Translations under genes and position numbers: made by a program | The notes under the pieces: generated by a model | Told to the model about the DNA's origin: nothing | The model's input: only the letters and a program-made list of their open reading frames with translations | The model's database searches: none | Assembly: GCA_040767195.1 (NCBI GenBank) | Contig: JAXGPA010000001.1 | Span: forward strand, 448,001-512,000 | Reading direction: 5' to 3' | Length of the DNA stretch: 64,000 nt | DNA from: Syntrophales bacterium | GTDB lineage: Bacteria > Desulfobacterota > Syntrophia > Syntrophales > UBA6807 | In this document: positions 57,508 to 64,000 of the stretch, one piece after another | Numbering within the stretch: the first letter of the stretch is position 1 | Layout of the letters: each line of letters opens with the position of its first letter

Positions 57508-57921
57508 TTATGGATGGTCATCCATGACCATGAGATCCTCGAGGGTTGTCTCCCGAAGGATCTCATCCGTTGTTTTCTGGATTTTCATCCACAGCGTCCT
57601 GGTTTTGCAAGAACCGGACCGGGAGCACCGGTCCCCATTCCCGACACAGTCCGCAACAACCGTGGATCCTTCCATCACCCGAAGGACGTCCATGATCCGG
57701 ATGTCCCGGGGACGCCTGGCCAACTCGAACCCGCCCCGGGACCCCCGGACGCTCCGGACGAAACCCGCCGCTTTCAGCCTGTTGAAGAGTTGTACCAGGT
57801 AGAGGCCCGAGATCTCCTGCCTTTCTGAAATATCCCGAACGACAACGGGACCCGTTCCGGACCGGAGAGCCAGGTCCAGCAGGGCCCGGACGGCGTATCG
57901 ACCCTTCGTCGAGAGATTCAA
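57508..57921 (-). CDS. Rrf2-family transcriptional regulator with three-Cys Fe-S motif (IscR-like)
   Basis: STKGRYAVRALLDLA, SVRGSRGGF and CVGNGDRCSRSGSC..LW; TTG start with SD. Confidence 0.9.
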   Translation of the reverse strand: MNLSTKGRYAVRALLDLALRSGTGPVVVRDISERQEISGLYLVQLFNRLKAAGFVRSVRGSRGGFELARRPRDIRIMDVLRVMEGSTVVADCVGNGDRCSRSGSCKTRTLWMKIQKTTDEILRETTLEDLMVMDDHP

Positions 57922-58168
57922 GACAACACCCCCTTTCCTGATATATGACTATCATGATAAGGTTTGTCTTCATTAACCCAACCGGAATCCTCTGTCAAGG
58001 AAAACGCCGACGCACCCGGTCCGTCCGTCTTTCCCGCCTTCCCCGGAAAACGGAAAAAATCATTGTCATATTTCTTTGGATTGAGTAAGAAGAGACATCT
58101 GCCGGCTGTCCCGGGAAAGCGGCTATTCTCCGGCTCTTCGCGAATTCGCCGAGGAAGGCGTTAAGAAG

Positions 58169-58816
58169 GTGCACCAGAGTTCTCTCGACAACATGCGTTC
58201 CTTCAGGGACCGGTACCTGGAGCCCCTGAGAGAGAAGCCCCTGACGATTCTCGACGTGGGAAGCATGGACATCAACGGCTCCTATCGGGACTTGTTTGAC
58301 AGCCCTCCCTGGCATTACCGGGGTGCCGACATGGCGGAGGGGAAAAACGTGGACCTTGTGCTGAGGGATCCCCATGCCTGGAAAGAGATCCCCTCCCGGT
58401 CCCTGGACGTGGTGATTTCCGGCCAGGCCCTCGAACACATGGCCTTTTTCTGGATCGTCATTCTGGAAGTCGAGCGGATTCTGAGGCCCGGAGGATTCTT
58501 CTGCCTCATCGCCCCGTCGGGCGGACCGGCCCATCGCTATCCCGTCGACTGCTGGCGGTTTCTTCCCGATGGATTTTCAGCCCTTGCCGCCTACGCAGAC
58601 CTGGAGATCCTCGATGCCTACGCCACGTCGGACCGGTTCCCACCATACGGGGACTCGAGCCGGGCATGGAACGACACCGTCGTTATCGGGAAAAAGCGGC
58701 AGTATTCCCGGCTTCGCAGGTGGAAAAAGGCGACCCTCAGGACCCTTCTACACCGCCTGCTTATCCTCCAGGTGGCGAACAGGGAAAAAAAGAAAACGGC
58801 ACCCGGTGAGATCTGA
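58169..58816 (+). CDS. Class I SAM-dependent methyltransferase
   Basis: ILDVGSMDINGSYR, DVVISGQALEH, RILRPGG and HRYPVDCWRF. Confidence 0.88.
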   Translation: MHQSSLDNMRSFRDRYLEPLREKPLTILDVGSMDINGSYRDLFDSPPWHYRGADMAEGKNVDLVLRDPHAWKEIPSRSLDVVISGQALEHMAFFWIVILEVERILRPGGFFCLIAPSGGPAHRYPVDCWRFLPDGFSALAAYADLEILDAYATSDRFPPYGDSSRAWNDTVVIGKKRQYSRLRRWKKATLRTLLHRLLILQVANREKKKTAPGEI

Positions 58817-58818
58817 CC

Positions 58819-61800
58819 ATGCATGACTTCTGGGACGTCATCATCAAACCCATTTTCGACCTTCTCCATCCCGCCGTCGTCGTTGAAATCGGCAGCGGGC
58901 AGGGAAAGAACACGGAAAATCTCATTCAATACGCTGCAAGGCACGACGGGGTTGTTCACGCCGTCGATCCCTGTCCCGATTTCCCCGCCGATGAATGGGA
59001 ATCCCTTCACGAAAACCACTTCGTGTTCCATCGAAGCCTGAGCCTGAGCGCCCTGGAAAAAATCCCGCCGATGGACGTCGTTCTCATCGACGGGGACCAC
59101 AACTGGTACACGGTCATCAACGAACTTCGGCTGATCGACAAGATCAGTCTCTCGCCGGGACGGGAGTTTCCCGTCGTCTTTCTCCACGACATCGGGTGGC
59201 CTTACGGGCGGAGAGACCTCTATTACAATCCCGAGAACATACCGGAACTGTTCAGAAAACCCTACCAGAAAAAAGGGCTGAAGCCGGGAGAATCGGACCT
59301 CCTCGACGAGGGCGGGCTGAATGCCCACCTGTTCAACGCCCTTTACGAAAACAGCCTGCAGAACGGCGTCCTGACCGCCGTCGAGGACTTCCTCAAGGAA
59401 ACGGCCCGGGACCTCTCGTTCTTTTCCCTGGCCGGCTTTCACGGACTGGGCATTCTCGTCCCGAAGGAACGGCTGAACCGGGAAGAGCGGCTCGGGGAAT
59501 CCATTTCCCGGCTCACCTCTTCGGAAGAGATGAGAAAATATATCGAACACCTGGAGCATGAGCGCATCCTTTCCGAAATCGGCCGGAGCGAGACGAAGCA
59601 GAGGCTCGAAACGGCGTCGGGCCGCCTGGAAGAGGAAAAAAAGAAAGCGGCTGGGCTGAGAAAAGACCTGAACGACCAGCGCATCGATCATGAAAGACAA
59701 ATCCGGGACATCCGCCAGGAACACAAGGAGGCCATGAGGGACATGGCCCGGGCCATGGAAAAGGAGAAGCAGGAACACGAGGCCTTCCGAAAGGCCCGGC
59801 TCCGGGAACTGAACAAGGTTCTCTCGGAAAGAGATCTCCTGATCCGGTGGCTCGACCAGGCGTCCTCGGGATACGACGCCCTGCTTACATCGCGGAGGTG
59901 GAAAATGGGCAACCGGATCGGGGAATTTCTCAGAAAGGCAGCTTTCCGTCCCCCCGTTCCCCTCGTGTCGGATCGGATCAGCCGTATCTTCGGCGATTTT
60001 CGCAAGTGGGAACAGAAAGGGTTCACCAAAATAACCGATGAGAGCCTAAAAAAAAAACAGATCGCCCGGTCCCTTTTTCTGAATGACGGGGCTTCCCGAA
60101 ACCCGGAAGGCCGATCGGCCGCCGATTTCTACGGGGAGACCCTCTTTCCCGTCACGGCACGGCGACGGTCCGAAAACGTATCCGAAATCCTCTCCTTTCT
60201 GCGGTCGCCGTCGATCACGGTGATCGTCCCTGTTTTCAACGCTCCCCGTGACACGGCAAAATGCCTTGACGCGCTTCTGCGGTACACGTCCCTCCCCTGC
60301 GAAATTCTCGTCATCGACGACGGCAGCACCGATCCCGAAACGATCGACGTGATCGGCCGCGCGGGCCGTCATCCCTTCGTCCGCGTCATCCGGAACGACC
60401 GCAACCGGGGATTTGTCGAAACGCTGAACCGCGGTCTCGAGGAATCGACGGGCGATGTGGTCTGCCTGAACAGCGACACGGCGGTGACGCCCCGCTGGCT
60501 GCAGAAACTGGTCCTCGCCGCATATTCCGATCCCCGGGTCGCGACGGTCACCCCTTTCTCCAACGCCGCCGGCGCCTTTTCCGTGCCGGAAATCGGCGTA
60601 AACAGGGAGATCGATCCCCCTTTCACCCTGACGGGGATGTCCCGCATGGTCGAAAGGCTTTCCGCGAACGATTACCCGAAGGTCCCCACGGGAAACGGGT
60701 TCTGCCTCTATATCAAGCGGTCCGCCATCGGGGACGTGGGCCTTTTCGACAGCGTCCGCTTCGGCAGGGGATACGGGGAAGAAAACGATTTCTCCATGCG
60801 GGCCCTGAAGAAAGGCTGGACCCACGTTCTCGACGACGCCTCCTTCGTCTATCACCGCCGGGGGGCCTCTTTCTCGGAGGAAAAGGAGGTCCTGGCCGAA
60901 AAAAACAGGAAAGTCCTGGACGAACTTCACCCGGAATACACGTCCCTGGTCCGGACGTTCGTCGCCTCACCGGAAATCGCCGAAATCCGGAGCCGCATCC
61001 GGCGGGGCGGCTTCCAGGAAGGCAAGATGGACTTCGATTCCCTCCGTATTCTCTTCGTTCTGCAGGAAGGCATGGGGGGAACGCCGGCGACGAACGAAGA
61101 CCTTCTCCGGTGCCTGGGACATCGTCACGAATGCTTTGTTCTCACGTCCGACTCCAGGCGTCTGAAACTGACATACCACCGGAACGGACGGAACACGGAA
61201 CTGTGGTCCCACACCCTCAAGTCCCGGTGGTCGGCCAAATCCTTCCATGTCCGGGAACTGGAAGAGTTCTATTTCACGATCCTGACCCTGTTGAAGATCG
61301 AGGTCGTCCACGTCCGCCATCTCTTCAAGCACAGTTTCGACATCGTCAGCCTCTGCCGGCTTCTCGGACTGCCCGTGGTCCTTTCCTTCCACGATTACTA
61401 CCTGGTGTGCCCGAGCATCCACCTCCTCGACGAAAGAAACCACTGCTGCCACGGAGACTGTTCCGAAACAGCCGGCCCGTGCCGGATACCGACGCCTCTC
61501 CTGGACGACATTTCCGACCTTCGGGGATTTCTCCCGTCCTGGCGCGACGAGGTCCGGAAACTCTTCGACGGCTGCCGGGCCTTCGTCACCACGTCTCCTT
61601 TCGCCAGATCCATCTATGTGAAGAATTTTCCCGAGCTCGAGGAAAGAGATTTCCGCGTCATCGAACACGGAAGGGATTTCGCCGACAGGAAAGACAGGGC
61701 CCCCGGTCCTGCCGCGGGCGGGCCCATGAAGCTCCTCATTCCCGGGAATCTGGACCGGCACAAGGGATCCGATTTCATCAGGAAGCTCCATGAAACGGAC

Positions 61801-63333
61801 AGGGACGGCGTCATCGAATTTCACTTCATGGGACGGATACCGCCGGAACTGGCCGCCTTCGGGACCAATCACGGCGTCTACGAACGGGAGGATTTCATAC
61901 GGAAAGTCACGGAAATCGATCCCCATTTCATCGGGATTTTTTCCATATCGCCGGAAACGTACTGTCATACCCTTACGGAGGCGTGGGCCAGCGGCGTTCC
62001 CGTCCTGTCTTCCGACACGGGCACCGTCGCCGAGCGCATCGGTCAGCACGGCGGCGGCTGGCTTCTGGATCTCGGGGACGTTCCGGCCTGCTACGAGAAA
62101 ATATGCCACATCTTCCGGGACCGGGAGGCTTACGGAAGCATCCGGGAAGAAACGGGGAAAATTCCCATCAAGACGGTGGCGGACATGGCGACGGAATACG
62201 AGGAGACGTATTACCGTGTCCTTCACGGCGGGAAAGACCTGTCGAAACCCTACCGGAGCCTGGCCCTTCTGACGCCCCGGGGGACTTTCGGGTTTCCCGG
62301 GTCCTCCTATGTCCGCACCCTCCTGCCCCTGCAGCATCCCGTGTTCCGGGAAGCGTTCTTCACCTACGTGGTCAACCCCGATCAGCTGAAAGAGAAGCGG
62401 CTGGCGGAGATGGCGGCGGAAAAACGGATCGACTGTTTCGTCATCCAGAGAAACGCCGTGACGGCCGAAGAGTTCGCCTACCTGGCCACCCTGTCGGAAA
62501 AGGAGAAAATCCCCATTGTTTTCGAGATCGACGACAACATCCTGGACATGGATCCCTCCCACCCCGAACACGGTCACTACGGTCCCCAGAAGGAACTCCT
62601 CACCGCCCTGTGCCGCAGGGCCCATCACGTCACGGTAAGCACGGAGGCCCTGAAAGACGCTCTCGGGCCATACAACAACAGCATCTCGGTAATCCGAAAC
62701 GCCCTCGAAGAAAAGCTGTGGTTCAGCCCCCGGACGGTCCTGCCGAAACCGGGAGGGGAGAAAACCCTCACCATCGGTTACATGGGCTCGGTGACCCATG
62801 ATGCGGACCTGGAAATCCTCAGGACGGTTATCCCCCGGGTCCAGAAGGTCCTGAGGGAGCAAAAGGGGATCCATGCGGAATTCCAGATCGTGGGGGGCAT
62901 GCGGGACGGTCTTTTGAGAAGCCGCTGGTACACGAGGATCCCCGTGCCAAGCGGTTGCGAGAGTTACCCCCTCTTCGTGGACTGGCTGCGAAAGCAGGGC
63001 CCCTGGGACATTGCCGTCGCGCCCCTGGCCGACACGGAAATCAACCGGGGAAAAAGCGAACTCAAGTATCTCGAATACGCCGCCCTGGGGTCTCCGGGGG
63101 TTTACAGTCCCGTCGGAGGATACGCCGATACGGTCCGGCACGGGGTTACGGGGCTTCTGGCAACGGGAAACGACGAAGAGGCCTGGGTCCGGTGTCTTCT
63201 CGAACTGGCCCTCGATGCCTCCCTCCGGGAGAAATTACGGGCTGCCGCCCGGGAGGACGTGATCCGTCGATACCTTCTGAAAGACCGGGTCGCCGAGTGG
63301 CGGGATTTTTTTCACAGGGTCCTCGGTCACTGA
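58819..63333 (+). CDS. 1504-aa multidomain protein: methyltransferase, coiled coil, GT2 and two GT4-like glycosyltransferase modules
   Basis: VEIGSGQG..LIDGDHNWYTV..HDIGWPY; E/K/R-rich heptad segment; IVPVFN..IDDGS..LNSDT..GYGEENDF; HDYY..ETYCHTLTEA; FEIDD..KSELKYLEY. Confidence 0.88.
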   Translation: MHDFWDVIIKPIFDLLHPAVVVEIGSGQGKNTENLIQYAARHDGVVHAVDPCPDFPADEWESLHENHFVFHRSLSLSALEKIPPMDVVLIDGDHNWYTVINELRLIDKISLSPGREFPVVFLHDIGWPYGRRDLYYNPENIPELFRKPYQKKGLKPGESDLLDEGGLNAHLFNALYENSLQNGVLTAVEDFLKETARDLSFFSLAGFHGLGILVPKERLNREERLGESISRLTSSEEMRKYIEHLEHERILSEIGRSETKQRLETASGRLEEEKKKAAGLRKDLNDQRIDHERQIRDIRQEHKEAMRDMARAMEKEKQEHEAFRKARLRELNKVLSERDLLIRWLDQASSGYDALLTSRRWKMGNRIGEFLRKAAFRPPVPLVSDRISRIFGDFRKWEQKGFTKITDESLKKKQIARSLFLNDGASRNPEGRSAADFYGETLFPVTARRRSENVSEILSFLRSPSITVIVPVFNAPRDTAKCLDALLRYTSLPCEILVIDDGSTDPETIDVIGRAGRHPFVRVIRNDRNRGFVETLNRGLEESTGDVVCLNSDTAVTPRWLQKLVLAAYSDPRVATVTPFSNAAGAFSVPEIGVNREIDPPFTLTGMSRMVERLSANDYPKVPTGNGFCLYIKRSAIGDVGLFDSVRFGRGYGEENDFSMRALKKGWTHVLDDASFVYHRRGASFSEEKEVLAEKNRKVLDELHPEYTSLVRTFVASPEIAEIRSRIRRGGFQEGKMDFDSLRILFVLQEGMGGTPATNEDLLRCLGHRHECFVLTSDSRRLKLTYHRNGRNTELWSHTLKSRWSAKSFHVRELEEFYFTILTLLKIEVVHVRHLFKHSFDIVSLCRLLGLPVVLSFHDYYLVCPSIHLLDERNHCCHGDCSETAGPCRIPTPLLDDISDLRGFLPSWRDEVRKLFDGCRAFVTTSPFARSIYVKNFPELEERDFRVIEHGRDFADRKDRAPGPAAGGPMKLLIPGNLDRHKGSDFIRKLHETDRDGVIEFHFMGRIPPELAAFGTNHGVYEREDFIRKVTEIDPHFIGIFSISPETYCHTLTEAWASGVPVLSSDTGTVAERIGQHGGGWLLDLGDVPACYEKICHIFRDREAYGSIREETGKIPIKTVADMATEYEETYYRVLHGGKDLSKPYRSLALLTPRGTFGFPGSSYVRTLLPLQHPVFREAFFTYVVNPDQLKEKRLAEMAAEKRIDCFVIQRNAVTAEEFAYLATLSEKEKIPIVFEIDDNILDMDPSHPEHGHYGPQKELLTALCRRAHHVTVSTEALKDALGPYNNSISVIRNALEEKLWFSPRTVLPKPGGEKTLTIGYMGSVTHDADLEILRTVIPRVQKVLREQKGIHAEFQIVGGMRDGLLRSRWYTRIPVPSGCESYPLFVDWLRKQGPWDIAVAPLADTEINRGKSELKYLEYAALGSPGVYSPVGGYADTVRHGVTGLLATGNDEEAWVRCLLELALDASLREKLRAAAREDVIRRYLLKDRVAEWRDFFHRVLGH

Positions 63334-64000
63334 ACCCCAAGAAAGCGGGCCAGGATCCGCCGGAATTCCTCCGCCCGGTGGGCATACGTGTGAGCCGCCA
63401 CGATTCTCTCCCGGGCCTCCCGCCCCATGGCCGACCTTTTTTCCCCGTCGTGAAGAAGATCGAGAAGTTTTCTCCTGAAATCGGATCCGTCCCGATAGGT
63501 CGTTACGCCCCCCCCGAACAGCTCCTCGAGGCCGGGCGTTTCATTTGAAAGAACGCACGCGCCGCAGGCCATGGCTTCGAAGATGCGGCTGTTGAGACAG
63601 CCCCAGGGCCGGCACATGGGCGTGCAGTCCTCCAGGACGACCCTGGAGGAATTGTATATCTTCGGAATTTCGGAGTGATCCGCCACCCCCCGGTGGTATT
63701 TCCGCAGCCACAGGGAGGGAAGATCCAGCCGGCCGTAAAAGCGAAAATCCGTTCCCGGGGGCACGGCGAGAACCCGGCAGAAGTCCCTGTCCCCGTCGAA
63801 CACGTTCCCCACGAAGGACAGGTCGGAAAGGTATTGGGGATCCGGCGGTCCGGGGTGAAAAAGATCCGTGTCGGCGGCGAGCGGGAGCACGCCCCCCCGT
63901 TTTCCGGGGTCGATACCGGTCATGACGCGATCCAGCGCTTTTTCCGATGTGGCCAGCACCAGGTCGTAGTCGCGAAACCAGGGCCGGCTCCGCCATTCCT
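63327..64000 (-). CDS. CgeB-like glycosyltransferase (5' part off the right edge)
   Basis: PLAAD, DLSFVGN, NSRIFEAMACGA and HTYAHRA; the frame stays open to the window end. Confidence 0.8.
   Translation of the reverse strand, partial: EWRSRPWFRDYDLVLATSEKALDRVMTGIDPGKRGGVLPLAADTDLFHPGPPDPQYLSDLSFVGNVFDGDRDFCRVLAVPPGTDFRFYGRLDLPSLWLRKYHRGVADHSEIPKIYNSSRVVLEDCTPMCRPWGCLNSRIFEAMACGACVLSNETPGLEELFGGGVTTYRDGSDFRRKLLDLLHDGEKRSAMGREARERIVAAHTYAHRAEEFRRILARFLGVQ

Noticed and set aside
507..63141. Many long ORFs antisense to real genes (e.g. 1060-3282+, 18676-20832+, 25911-27710+, 33859-36813+, 60967-63141-)
   Set aside because: They are shadow frames typical of high-GC coding DNA; each overlaps a motif-supported gene on the other strand and has no recognisable motifs.
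1..64000. Genome-wide reassignment of UGA (code 4 or 25) to explain the in-frame TGAs
   Set aside because: Conserved genes here (thrS, pheS, pheT, rpmI, infC, gspD) end at TGA at their expected lengths.

Overview
This is a GC-rich chromosomal window. Gene content and order suggest an anaerobic deltaproteobacterium (Desulfobacterota, Syntrophales-like); that assignment is inference. Nearly all genes lie on the minus strand. In window order: (1) a type II secretion cluster, transcribed gspF-G-H-[PpiC foldase]-I-J-K-L-M-N-C-A-B-D-E, with gspE running off the left edge; (2) a dead REP-associated tyrosine transposase (RAYT) fragment; (3) nth and fdhE; (4) a selenocysteine-containing, Tat-exported three-subunit formate dehydrogenase behind a Moco/Tuco-type riboswitch lacking P3; (5) a GT2, an SH3 protein, plsB and an orphan PTS IID-HPr-EI unit; (6) a PxxKW protein; (7) tRNA-Val, thrS, infC (AUA start), rpmI, rplT, pheS, pheT and a MerR gene; (8) an envelope operon headed by a tiny PopZ/RomR-C-like gene; (9) atpZ-atpI-atpB without atpE, bracketed by the same AAAAGGGGAC(A/G)GATTTATTT repeat that flanks the RAYT remnant; (10) a partly eroded surface-polysaccharide locus; (11) an Rrf2 regulator and a secreted rhodanese protein; (12) methyltransferase/glycosyltransferase genes at the right edge. 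The top finding is that the rhodanese gene really begins 38 codons upstream of the called ORF. It has a signal peptide, an in-frame UGA at codon 32 and a SECIS-like hairpin directly after it. This makes it a candidate unannotated extracytoplasmic selenoprotein that may be controlled by the adjacent Rrf2 regulator. All calls were made by reading motifs; no searches or folding programs were run.
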